A DNA stretch of 64,000 nt from an uncultured Muribaculaceae bacterium. GTDB taxonomy: Bacteria > Bacillota_I > Bacilli_A > RF39 > UBA660. The DNA lies in contig CAYURI010000001.1 of assembly GCA_964447275.1 (NCBI GenBank), forward strand, positions 2,164 through 66,163, written 5' to 3'. This document shows, piece after piece, positions 1 through 8,785 of the stretch. A program made the translations under genes and the position numbers. How positions within the stretch are numbered: position 1 is the stretch's first letter; each line of letters opens with the position of its first letter. Below the pieces are notes generated by a model. The model did no database searches. It saw only the letters and a program-made list of their open reading frames with translations, and had not been told where the DNA came from.

Positions 1-471
1 TAAAGTTATTAAGTTTAAATCTTTATCTAACACATATACTTCTTTAATAAAATCAAACATCTCTTTAGTATAAGCTCCAGCATTAGAGACAATTGATCCA
101 CCAATTGTTCCAGGGATCCCTGTTGACCATTCTAGTCCTTTTAAATTCATATTAATCATATCCATCGAAAACTTATTAAGCATGACACCAGCACCAACTT
201 TTACTTCTGTGCCACTTATTTCTATTTCATTTATATTATCTAATTTAATAATTACGCCATCAAAATAGTTACTACTTAAAATAACGTTAGACCCACCACC
301 CAAGATAAAATATTTAATCTTGTTTATTCTTAGATACTTTATTAAATCTATTAAGTTTTCAATATTATAAGGTTTAACCAAATACTTAGCCTTAGTTGTT
401 ATTTTGTAAGTATTATAATTTGTTAAATCAATATTTTCTAATGTTTCGCCGTATTTGTTTAAATCATTCAT
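1..471 (-). CDS. murB: UDP-N-acetylenolpyruvoylglucosamine reductase MurB, N-terminal part; the C-terminus lies beyond the window edge
   Basis: Minus-strand translation from the ATG at 471..469 reads MNDLNKYGETL...ILGGGSNVIL...GIPGTIGGSIVSNAGAYTKEM, which is the MurB FAD-binding/GxGGxxxxNAGA-type signature. The ATG overlaps the murG stop by 1 nt. Confidence 0.75.
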   Translation of the reverse strand, partial: MNDLNKYGETLENIDLTNYNTYKITTKAKYLVKPYNIENLIDLIKYLRINKIKYFILGGGSNVILSSNYFDGVIIKLDNINEIEISGTEVKVGAGVMLNKFSMDMINMNLKGLEWSTGIPGTIGGSIVSNAGAYTKEMFDFIKEVYVLDKDLNLITL

Positions 472-1562
472 TATTTCACCATGTCCTTTATTATTTTATA
501 TATTAATTCACTGCTGTTTTTCACTTCAATTTTATTCAAATTATCTTTCATCTTTTGATAATTAGATTTATTATTAAGTAAATTATCAATTTCAGTTTTT
601 AAGTTTTTCGCATTTAATTTACTTTCTTCTAATAAAACTGCCGCTCCTACTTCCGATAATCTTAATACATTATAGTATTGATGATTATTGGGAACATAAG
701 GAGATGGGATTAAAATACTAGGAAGTTTTAAAGCGATTAATTCACTTATGGTTGATGCTCCGCCTCTATTAACAATTAAGTCAGTTTTAGTATTGTATAA
801 AAATGATGCTAAATTATCAACATAAGGAACAACATGAATATTACTAGGAAATTTTTCACCTTTAATAAAATCACTATAGAAGGCTTTACCAGTAACATAT
901 AAAACTTGATAATTAAGATCTTTAAGTTTTAGAAATTCTTTCATTTTACTATTTATTGAGGTTGAACCTTGACTACCAGCAACTATTACAACTAGTTTGT
1001 CTTTATCATTTAAATTATAAGCACTTCTTTTAATTGGTTTTTTTACTAAAACATTTTCACCACAAGGGTTCCCTGTTACATGAACTATATTATTTTTAAA
1101 ATACTCTTTAGTTTCTGGAAACGATACCGCAATAACATCAGTTAATTTAGCAAGCGCTTTATTAGATTTACCTGGTATCGCATTTTGTTCATGAACAAAA
1201 GTTTTAACACCTAGTTTGTGAGCGGCTTTAATGACTGGATATGTAACATATCCGCCAACGCCAATTACTATATCAGGTTTAAAATCTTTAATGATCGCTA
1301 AACATTGTTTATAAGATTTATAAATATAATAAATGTTTTTAATGTCTCTTAATGGTGTTCTAGAACTAAAGCCATAAATCTTTAAAGGAATGAATTTTAA
1401 TCCTTCACTTGGAATAATATCTTTTTCCATTCTGTTAAAAGTTCCAATATATAAGACTTCACTTTTAGGCTCTTTTGCCATTATTTTTCTAATAATTGCT
1501 AAGGCAGGATAAATATGTCCTCCAGATCCTCCAGCTGTAACTATAACTTTCAAATTAATCAC
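471..1562 (-). CDS. murG: Undecaprenyl-PP-MurNAc-pentapeptide-UDPGlcNAc GlcNAc transferase MurG
   Basis: 363 aa. N-terminal TAGGSGGHIYPALAI motif (the GGTGGH motif of MurG/GT28). Length and dcw-cluster context fit. Confidence 0.88.
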   Translation of the reverse strand: MINLKVIVTAGGSGGHIYPALAIIRKIMAKEPKSEVLYIGTFNRMEKDIIPSEGLKFIPLKIYGFSSRTPLRDIKNIYYIYKSYKQCLAIIKDFKPDIVIGVGGYVTYPVIKAAHKLGVKTFVHEQNAIPGKSNKALAKLTDVIAVSFPETKEYFKNNIVHVTGNPCGENVLVKKPIKRSAYNLNDKDKLVVIVAGSQGSTSINSKMKEFLKLKDLNYQVLYVTGKAFYSDFIKGEKFPSNIHVVPYVDNLASFLYNTKTDLIVNRGGASTISELIALKLPSILIPSPYVPNNHQYYNVLRLSEVGAAVLLEESKLNAKNLKTEIDNLLNNKSNYQKMKDNLNKIEVKNSSELIYKIIKDMVK

Positions 1563-1678
1563 CTTTAATTTATTATACTATAAAAAGACTAATATTTAAT
1601 CTATTTTTATAAAGCAAATGTAAAATAGCAATCATTTAATTCTTATGATATACTCTTATCAGTTGGAGAGATTATAAT

Positions 1679-3163
1679 ATGTTAAAAGATATCATAACTT
1701 TTTTAGGGAACTCTTATTTAGAAAGTAAAGAAATATATAATACGATTGGTACAGTCATTGGCATAATGGCTTTTTATAAGACCATTTATATATTTATTGG
1801 ACTATTTTTCACAAGAAAATTTAAGCCTGCGAAAAAAAATCATAAATATGCGATTATGATCGCGGCTCGTAATGAAAAAAATGTTATTGGTAACTTACTT
1901 GATAGTATTAATAAGCAAGATTATCCTAAAGATTTAGTAACAATTTTTGTTGTTGCTGATAATTGTACTGATAATACCGCTGAAATTGCTAGAAGCAAAG
2001 GTGCTATCTGCTATGAAAGATTTGATAATGAAAAAAAGACCAAAGGTTTTGCTTTACAATATTTATGCGAAAAAATTGAAGAAGATTATGGTCGAATGAA
2101 CTATGAAGGATATTTTATTTTTGATGCTGATAACCTTCTTAATACTGATTATATAACTAGAATGAACGAAGCCTTTGATGCTGGCGAAAAGATTATTACA
2201 TCATATAGGAATACTAAGAACTTTGATGAAAATTGGATTGCTTCTACTTATGGGCTTCATTGGATTAGATCAATTAGAATGAATCACAGAGCTAGGTCAG
2301 TATTAAGACTTGCTACTAATATCCAAGGTACTGGGTTTTTATTTACTAACAAGATTATTGAACATGGTTGGAAGTATACTTCTTTAACGGAAGACAGAGC
2401 TTTAACTGCTGATGCTGTTGCTCAAGGATACCCAATTACTTATAATGATAAAGCAGAGTTTTTTGATGAACAACCTACTAGTTTAAAAATTGCTTTAAGA
2501 CAACGTTTAAGATGGTCTAGAGGTCATTTAGAAGCTTTTGTAGAAAGTGGTCCATATTTATTTTTAAATATCTTTTTAGGTAAATTATTCTTAAAAACTA
2601 AATGGCACCAAGTAACCCAAAAAAAGCCCAAGACATTTAAAAATATTTTACTTAGCATTTTAGAGTCAATTAGGCATCGTTTTGCTTCTTTCGATACTTT
2701 AATGCAACTTACTCCTTTTGCTATTCTAAACCTCTTTAAATGGCTTATAGTACCATTTATTATTGGTGCTTGTTATTACTACTTAAATGGGATGAATAAT
2801 ATTGATTTACTAAAAGGTGGTACTTATCTAGCCAAAGCAATTAATCATTTCTTTAATTTAAATATTAGTATTGCTCCTGGTACAAATGCCCTACTAATTG
2901 GTATGCTAATTACGATTTGGTTTAGGTTATATTTTAGGATTGGAAATTACTTAGAAAGTATTATAACCCCGATATATTTATTTATTATTGAAAGAAAAAG
3001 AATTATTAAAATTCCTTTCCTAAAAAAAGTGTTATACTCCTTTACTTGGCCAATCTTTGATATTATTGGCAGATATACATCGTATGTTGCGCTATTTAAA
3101 AAAGTTACTTGGAAACCAATTCCTCATAATAGTAAAATAACTATTGAAGACTTAAAAAAATAA
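1679..3163 (+). CDS. Processive family-2 glycosyltransferase, membrane-bound (cellulose-synthase/PgaC-like fold)
   Basis: 494 aa. N-terminal TM segment, then a GT2 core with DxD (FDAD), TED and QRLRW (QxxRW) motifs, then a C-terminal multi-TM region. A good RBS (GGAGAG) precedes the ATG. Confidence 0.72.
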   Translation: MLKDIITFLGNSYLESKEIYNTIGTVIGIMAFYKTIYIFIGLFFTRKFKPAKKNHKYAIMIAARNEKNVIGNLLDSINKQDYPKDLVTIFVVADNCTDNTAEIARSKGAICYERFDNEKKTKGFALQYLCEKIEEDYGRMNYEGYFIFDADNLLNTDYITRMNEAFDAGEKIITSYRNTKNFDENWIASTYGLHWIRSIRMNHRARSVLRLATNIQGTGFLFTNKIIEHGWKYTSLTEDRALTADAVAQGYPITYNDKAEFFDEQPTSLKIALRQRLRWSRGHLEAFVESGPYLFLNIFLGKLFLKTKWHQVTQKKPKTFKNILLSILESIRHRFASFDTLMQLTPFAILNLFKWLIVPFIIGACYYYLNGMNNIDLLKGGTYLAKAINHFFNLNISIAPGTNALLIGMLITIWFRLYFRIGNYLESIITPIYLFIIERKRIIKIPFLKKVLYSFTWPIFDIIGRYTSYVALFKKVTWKPIPHNSKITIEDLKK

Positions 3164-3175
3164 ACTATCACTAGT

Positions 3176-5077
3176 TTATTTTTTTGTTAGAGTGTCAAAG
3201 TAATCATACTTTAAAGTTAAATCATTTCTAATAATTAAATTATTTACTAAAGTATTTTTTTCTTCTAAACGAATATCAGTAATCTTTTTATTATTAGTAA
3301 CTTCACCACCATCAACATAAACATTGCCATCATACCAAGAATAATCACTAAAAAATACTATTCCATCATAATTACTAGCTAAAGCATCACTACCAATATA
3401 ATTAATCTTATTATATTTAATGCCAAATAAATTAAGAACAGTTGGTAAAATATCTAATTGGGAAGTCACTTCTTTAATTGTCTTCTTTGTCTTACCATTA
3501 TCCCAGATAAAAAATGGCGTATTATTAATTAAATTATTATCAGTTTCTTTATACTTAGCTAAAATGGTCTGATCATTTAAAGTATATAAATAGTGATCAG
3601 TAAATACCACAATAACCGTATTATCAATTAAATTGTTGGCTTCTAGTTTTTGAAGTAATAATTCAACCATATAATCAGTTTCTTTAGCTTGTCTTCTCGC
3701 GCATTCTTCTTCGGTCATCTCCACAAACTCTACTTCTTTACCTTCATTATCTAAGTCATATAGAAGTTTACAAACTCCACTTACATTAGTAAAAGGTAAA
3801 TGAGTAGAATAAGTTATAATATAATCAACAAATTTTTGATTACTAGGAAACATTAAATTACTAAAATCTTCGTTGTTAATTAATTCTCTATCTAGCTCAT
3901 ATGTATCATCACTATATTCTTCCATATCAACTAGGCCATAATAATGATCATAACCCCAACTATCATAGTTAATACTTCTGGAATAGTATTCTTTGGTATT
4001 CATATGAAAAGCATTAACTACATAACCATCACTTTTGAATAATTTGGCCATCGCATAAGGAAAATTATTGCTACTAAATGAATAAGCATTTTCGGTATAA
4101 GAAATTGGTACAACAAAACCAGTATTAAGAGAAAACTCAGAATTAAAAGTTGATCCCCCACCCGTATAAAAAGAATAGTGTTTATTAGAAAAGTTAATTG
4201 AATTACTAAGCATATTATATAAAGTTGGCGTATCAGTTTTATTAAGTAACCAACTATCAATACCTTCTAATTGTAAAAAAATTAAGTTCTTTCCTTGATA
4301 TTTCCCGGTATATTTATTTGATTTAGTTACTTCATTATTACTATACATTTGATCAAGTAAGGCAAGTTCACTTTCATCTAATTCTTGGTCTCTTAAATAA
4401 GTAACAAAAAAGTTTCTTACCGAGTATTCAAACAAACCACTAACTTGCATACTTTTATTACTATCATTAAACGATAAATAAATATTACGTGGATTTTTCC
4501 ATGTACTCCATACTAAATCAGTATTGGCCTTCCCTAAAAACATTGGTGCTATCGTATGAAGTGATAAGAAAAGAATTAAAATAATACTAAGACGTTTAAA
4601 ACTATATTTTCTTCTAATTGGGGTTTTAATAAGTCCCCATATAAAAGCAATAATTATAATCCCTAAAAAGATATATACTAATGGATTACAATTTTTTATT
4701 GCACTCCAGAAATAAACTGAGCCTTCTTTAGCAGATTCCATTAAACTAAAACTAAAAAAGTTAGATGATAAAGAATAATAAACATTATTAACCACAAATA
4801 AACCAATAAAAACTAAATTAACAATAATATAAATTATTTTACCAGCATATTTTTTAAGTGATAAAGCTACCCCAATAAATAAAAGAATATATAAAAATGT
4901 AAAAAAGTTAGGTACAAAGCGATATATTTTATAAAAATGTATTCCTCTACCTAAATATCTAGTCATTAAATCCATTAATACTAATGGTAATGCCATATAT
5001 AAAATATAAATGTGTTTTTTAATAAAATGCCACACTTTATGTAAGATATCTTTAAAATCAATTTTTGCTAATTTCAT
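3176..5077 (-). CDS. LtaS-family (lipoteichoic acid synthase-like) sulfatase-domain membrane protein, paralog 1
   Basis: 633 aa. About 5 N-terminal TM helices plus an extracellular alkaline-phosphatase-superfamily domain (LQLEGIDSW, GGGSTFNSEFSLNTG, STHLPF motifs resembling LtaS). Confidence 0.68.
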   Translation of the reverse strand: MKLAKIDFKDILHKVWHFIKKHIYILYMALPLVLMDLMTRYLGRGIHFYKIYRFVPNFFTFLYILLFIGVALSLKKYAGKIIYIIVNLVFIGLFVVNNVYYSLSSNFFSFSLMESAKEGSVYFWSAIKNCNPLVYIFLGIIIIAFIWGLIKTPIRRKYSFKRLSIILILFLSLHTIAPMFLGKANTDLVWSTWKNPRNIYLSFNDSNKSMQVSGLFEYSVRNFFVTYLRDQELDESELALLDQMYSNNEVTKSNKYTGKYQGKNLIFLQLEGIDSWLLNKTDTPTLYNMLSNSINFSNKHYSFYTGGGSTFNSEFSLNTGFVVPISYTENAYSFSSNNFPYAMAKLFKSDGYVVNAFHMNTKEYYSRSINYDSWGYDHYYGLVDMEEYSDDTYELDRELINNEDFSNLMFPSNQKFVDYIITYSTHLPFTNVSGVCKLLYDLDNEGKEVEFVEMTEEECARRQAKETDYMVELLLQKLEANNLIDNTVIVVFTDHYLYTLNDQTILAKYKETDNNLINNTPFFIWDNGKTKKTIKEVTSQLDILPTVLNLFGIKYNKINYIGSDALASNYDGIVFFSDYSWYDGNVYVDGGEVTNNKKITDIRLEEKNTLVNNLIIRNDLTLKYDYFDTLTKK

Positions 5078-5139
5078 CTATTTCACCACGCTAAAATTGT
5101 ACCATTTTTAGAGGATGATGTAAATTACTTTAAAAAAGC

Positions 5140-5176
5140 CTTTACTAAAAGAAAAAAGTAACAATCGTTACTTTTA
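5140..5176 (-). terminator. Rho-independent terminator downstream of mraY
   Basis: Inverted repeat AAGTAAC-aatc-GTTACTT directly after the mraY stop, followed on the minus strand by a T-run (plus-strand ctaaaagaaaaaag). Confidence 0.5.
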
Positions 5177-6166
5177 AAGCCATACACCATAGATTATCGC
5201 AATCATGGCAAATATTAATCCGACCACCCAGAATGTTTTAACAATATCAGTTTCCTTCCAACCAAGTTGTTCAAAATGATGATGTAAAGGCGCCATTAAT
5301 AATACTTTAGTTTTGAATTTGCGAATCATAAAAATTTGAATTAAAGAACTTAATGCTTCAATTACAAATACGCCACCTACTAATATTAAAGAAAATTCAT
5401 GGCGAGTAATGATAGCTATGGTACCAAGGGCACCACCTAATGCTAGTGCTCCAGTATCACCCATAAATATTTTAGCGGGATGACTATTAAATATTAGGAA
5501 ACCTAATAAGCCACCAATTAAAATAAAGGAAAAGATTGCCACATCTTGATATCCGGTCATCCAAGTTGTGTTCCAGGTAATAAGTCCATAAGCAAGGAAA
5601 GCTATTAAAGATAACCCGGTAGCTAGGCCATCTAAACCATCCGCTATATTTACGGCATTAGTTGTACCAACTAAGACACAGAAAATAAATATACCAAATG
5701 CCCAACCTAGTGGTAAATCAATACCTAAAAAACTAAGACTTACATTAGTTACTCCACCATGATTCATAAATATATAAAAGAATACTAATGTAATAAGGCC
5801 TTGAATAAGTAATTTGGTTGATATTTTTAAGCCTTTATTATTTTTGAATTTTATCTTTAAAAAATCATCAACAAATCCTAATAAAGCATATGATAAAAAG
5901 ACAAAAACCACAATCATTAAGTTAGAACTTAATGTAATACTGCCTCTTAAGTACAATATTAATAAAGCAATCATCGTTGATAAGATGAATATCAATCCAC
6001 CTATTGTTGGTGTCCCTTGTTTTGCTAAATGTCTTTCTCCTATTGTTTGACTAACATTTTGTTTAAATTTAAATCTTTTTAAAATCGGAATTAAAATAAA
6101 TCCTAATCCTAAAGCTAAAATAAATCCTAACATGATTGCTAGAGAAGCTTTTGCTAAAATTAACAT
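5174..6166 (-). CDS. mraY: Phospho-N-acetylmuramoyl-pentapeptide transferase MraY
   Basis: 330 aa polytopic membrane protein with NAVNIADGLDGLA, PAKIFMGDTGALALGG and HHHFE motifs diagnostic of MraY. Confidence 0.85.
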   Translation of the reverse strand: MLILAKASLAIMLGFILALGLGFILIPILKRFKFKQNVSQTIGERHLAKQGTPTIGGLIFILSTMIALLILYLRGSITLSSNLMIVVFVFLSYALLGFVDDFLKIKFKNNKGLKISTKLLIQGLITLVFFYIFMNHGGVTNVSLSFLGIDLPLGWAFGIFIFCVLVGTTNAVNIADGLDGLATGLSLIAFLAYGLITWNTTWMTGYQDVAIFSFILIGGLLGFLIFNSHPAKIFMGDTGALALGGALGTIAIITRHEFSLILVGGVFVIEALSSLIQIFMIRKFKTKVLLMAPLHHHFEQLGWKETDIVKTFWVVGLIFAMIAIIYGVWL

Positions 6167-6201
6167 ATTATAACCTCTTTTCTAATAAATATAATAATTG
6201 T

Positions 6202-7401
6202 TTAACTTAAATTATGTAAAACATCTAATATTTCTGAACATTGTTCCGCCTCTACATCATTTAAAAGTGTACCAGTGGAATCAAAAAGCCTTGGGAATTC
6301 AGTTTCATTCATTATCAGTTCCACATGATGTGCTTCATAATCATTCCAACTTTTTGGCCAATCTACAATTGGAGGGACTCTTTGTAGCCCAGCATCAGCA
6401 TATAGTTTGTCCATATCAACAAAGGTTCCTTCAATAGAAACTAAAGAAAGATTACTAGCACTAGGACTAGATACTGTCACATCATTTGATTGGACAACAT
6501 TTGTTAAATTATTAACTATATATTTTTCATATTGTTCCGGTACAATTGTCCCTTCAGGTATTTTAGCATAGCATCCAGAACTAATATTTTTGTTATATAT
6601 CATTTCCTCAGGAGTACAATCAATAGTATTATAAAAAACATTGTATGCCGATTCAGAAACTGCTGTTTTATTTTGCCTAATTGTTACTATATCAGAGCCA
6701 TTATTATAATTTATATTAATGCTATTACCAGTTCCATAGTCTGCAGCAAACCCTTTACGATGTAAAGACCCTGGATTATTGTGATTTTGATTTATCCCGC
6801 CAACAATAGGCACATGAATACCCAGATTACTTAAAACATTAATAACTCCTTGAAACCTCCAGGCAAAGTTTCCATTTGATTTAATATGTAACCCGGTAAC
6901 TGGGTCCAAAACAGTATATCCAGAAACCTTATTTCCTCCTCCAAGTGGCCTAGCTGAAATAGGAAATTTCCCCTTCATATTAAGGAGCATATCATATGTT
7001 ACTTCTACATACTTACCTTTTTCATCATAAGTATAAAGCTTTTTTTCATATAAATTTTTTAAATTATCTAAAGTAATAAATCCCAATTCAAAAAGCAATA
7101 AACTTTGACTAAAAGCTTTCATAATTTCTTCTGATGTACTATAATCTATATCTTTATAAAGACTAATCATTTTTTCATATAAATTTGAAACATTATCACA
7201 GCTTGTTTTACAACTTTCAACACTTGATGCAGCTCCTGATAATATTGATGATGCACTACATCTATTAGCTATCTTTGCTGGGATATTAAGTTTTATACTT
7301 CTTATAGAATCGGCTATATTTAATAATTTATTGCCATTATCTTTTGAAGCAATTCGCCCATTATCAACACTTTCAAAATTAAAAGTCGTTAAATCTCTCA
7401 T
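6202..7401 (-). CDS. Candidate T7SS-associated effector/toxin with a possible LAS/M15-like zinc-peptidase motif
   Basis: 399 aa with no TM or signal peptide. It is the last gene of the esx module. It contains SLHRKGFAAD (SxHxxGxAxD) and a downstream EAHH (ExxH), resembling VanY/LdcB-type peptidoglycan peptidases. The spacing between the motifs is longer than in canonical M15. Confidence 0.4.
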   Translation of the reverse strand: MRDLTTFNFESVDNGRIASKDNGNKLLNIADSIRSIKLNIPAKIANRCSASSILSGAASSVESCKTSCDNVSNLYEKMISLYKDIDYSTSEEIMKAFSQSLLLFELGFITLDNLKNLYEKKLYTYDEKGKYVEVTYDMLLNMKGKFPISARPLGGGNKVSGYTVLDPVTGLHIKSNGNFAWRFQGVINVLSNLGIHVPIVGGINQNHNNPGSLHRKGFAADYGTGNSININYNNGSDIVTIRQNKTAVSESAYNVFYNTIDCTPEEMIYNKNISSGCYAKIPEGTIVPEQYEKYIVNNLTNVVQSNDVTVSSPSASNLSLVSIEGTFVDMDKLYADAGLQRVPPIVDWPKSWNDYEAHHVELIMNETEFPRLFDSTGTLLNDVEAEQCSEILDVLHNLS

Positions 7402-7404
7402 AAG

Positions 7405-7806
7405 CTACTCTCCTTCTATAAATTTTCTTTCTGCTTCTCTAAAAGTCGTTGCAGGAGTCTTTTCTTTAAAGCTTCTTTCTGCTTTTCTGAAAGTTGTTTT
7501 GGCTGTTTTGTTTGCTTCTGCCGCTTTTCTGGCTGCTTCTGCTGCCGCTATAGCTTCTTCTTCTTCAATTTTTTGGGCTGTTGAAATCATTATTCCGCCA
7601 GCTGATACAATTGAATTAGCAGATCCTTCTAAAGCTGAAGCTATATTATTTAGTTTCTGTACAGATATATTAATAGATGGCTCACTATTTGTTGCCTCAA
7701 TATCACTGCCAACAGCTCTTAATGATTTAGCAATATCCTTTAATTCTTCAGATTTTATATTTAAATTTTTTGATTGATTAGTTGCAGTCGTCAATAAAGC
7801 TCCCAT
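7405..7806 (-). CDS. Small helical protein in the T7SS substrate module; possible LXG/WXG-like N-terminal partner of the downstream toxin ORF
   Basis: 133 aa, predicted all-helical, with an ALEG (LxG-like) segment. The C-terminus has a tandem 13-aa repeat TTFRKAERSFKEK/TTFREAERKFIEG. It is in the same frame as the 399-aa ORF, separated only by TAG-CTT-ATG. A strong RBS AGGAGG lies upstream. Confidence 0.4.
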   Translation of the reverse strand: MGALLTTATNQSKNLNIKSEELKDIAKSLRAVGSDIEATNSEPSINISVQKLNNIASALEGSANSIVSAGGIMISTAQKIEEEEAIAAAEAARKAAEANKTAKTTFRKAERSFKEKTPATTFREAERKFIEGE

Positions 7807-7824
7807 TCTGACCTCCTAATTTTA

Positions 7825-7866
7825 GATATATTTATTATAACAACTTCTTTAGAAATTGACAATACT
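7825..7866 (-). promoter_or_regulatory. Putative sigma-A promoter for the 133-aa/399-aa toxin operon
   Basis: Minus strand reads TTGTCA - 17 nt - TATAAT, followed by AGGAGG and the ATG at 7806. Confidence 0.4.
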
Positions 7867-7867
7867 T

Positions 7868-7893
7868 CTAAAAAAAAAGCCGTTAGGCTTTTT
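7868..7893 (-). terminator. Rho-independent terminator after the WXG-like gene
   Basis: AAAGCC-taac-GGCTTT hairpin overlapping the stop at 7892, followed on the minus strand by a T8 run. Confidence 0.55.
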
Positions 7894-8191
7894 AAATGGC
7901 TGTCCCTGATTCTGTTCCAATGGCTGTATCAGCTTCTTGATATAAATTAACTGTTTTAGTTAAGAATGTAGAGTAATTCATTATTTCTGTATAAAAAGCT
8001 TCAAATTTTGCTGATAAATTTTTAAAGTTTGTATAAACATTTTGAGCGCCCTCACTTTGATAAACTTCTGTGGTGTTTATCTTTGACATTCTTTGATCAA
8101 CACTTTCCAAAATATCTTTTAATTTCTGCGAAGATGTCCTTAGCATGCTCGCCGAATCATTCATTTGTGAATATGTTACTTTATCTATCAT
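7892..8191 (-). CDS. WXG100-like small secreted protein (EsxB-like; degenerate WXG)
   Basis: 99 aa helical protein immediately downstream of esxA. It has a C-terminal YQEAD (YxxxD/E-type export motif). No W-x-G is present (SEG at the equivalent position). Confidence 0.45.
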   Translation of the reverse strand: MIDKVTYSQMNDSASMLRTSSQKLKDILESVDQRMSKINTTEVYQSEGAQNVYTNFKNLSAKFEAFYTEIMNYSTFLTKTVNLYQEADTAIGTESGTAI

Positions 8192-8203
8192 ATTATCCTC
8201 TTT

Positions 8204-8494
8204 CTAAACTCTTGAAGCAGCACTGCTTGATTCATCTTGAACACGTTTAATCTTATTAGAAGCATTAACACAAAACTGCCCACAATTTCTAATTGAAGCC
8301 ACTAAAGCATCCAAAGTTGGTTTTTTTTCATGAATCCTTTGAACAAACTGTTTATTATCTGGTCCACTCCAGCCTTGCTCTAGAGCATCAATAATCGAAA
8401 ATATTTTTTTTAATTCTTGTTCTGCTAAATCACCATCATTTGTAACTGCTTTACCTAAATTGTCTAATTCAACAATATTTACTTTAAAACTCAT
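8204..8494 (-). CDS. esxA: WXG100 family protein EsxA
   Basis: 96 aa helical hairpin protein with a central W-S-G (LEQGWSGPDNKQF) at the typical WXG position. It is adjacent to essC/esaB. Confidence 0.7.
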   Translation of the reverse strand: MSFKVNIVELDNLGKAVTNDGDLAEQELKKIFSIIDALEQGWSGPDNKQFVQRIHEKKPTLDALVASIRNCGQFCVNASNKIKRVQDESSSAASRV

Positions 8495-8512
8495 AGTCCA
8501 CCTCTTTCTATA

Positions 8513-8785
8513 TTATATCAGTATTAATTTAATTCCGTCAACAATTCCTGCTTCTTTAATAGTTTTATTAATATCTAAAACTTCACCGTTGGAAGCATTT
8601 ATTAAGTTAAACTCTTTGTTTATGAGAAAAGCTCCATATGACAATTCATTAATGGCTTTAGTAATTAAACTAATTACTTTAAACACTTTTTTATTAGCTG
8701 GTATTAGTACTTCAAAACTATTTTCCATTGTTGGCACTAAAATTTCAATTAATATTTTGTTCATTATTGCCTCCTTTAGAATCAT
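8513..8785 (-). CDS. esaB: YukD/EsaB-like ubiquitin-fold T7SS protein
   Basis: About 83-90 aa (alternative start MNKILIEI at 8764). The size and hydrophobic pattern are typical of the YukD beta-grasp family, and it sits between essC and esxA. The 5' end overlaps the essC stop. Confidence 0.55.
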   Translation of the reverse strand: MILKEAIMNKILIEILVPTMENSFEVLIPANKKVFKVISLITKAINELSYGAFLINKEFNLINASNGEVLDINKTIKEAGIVDGIKLILI

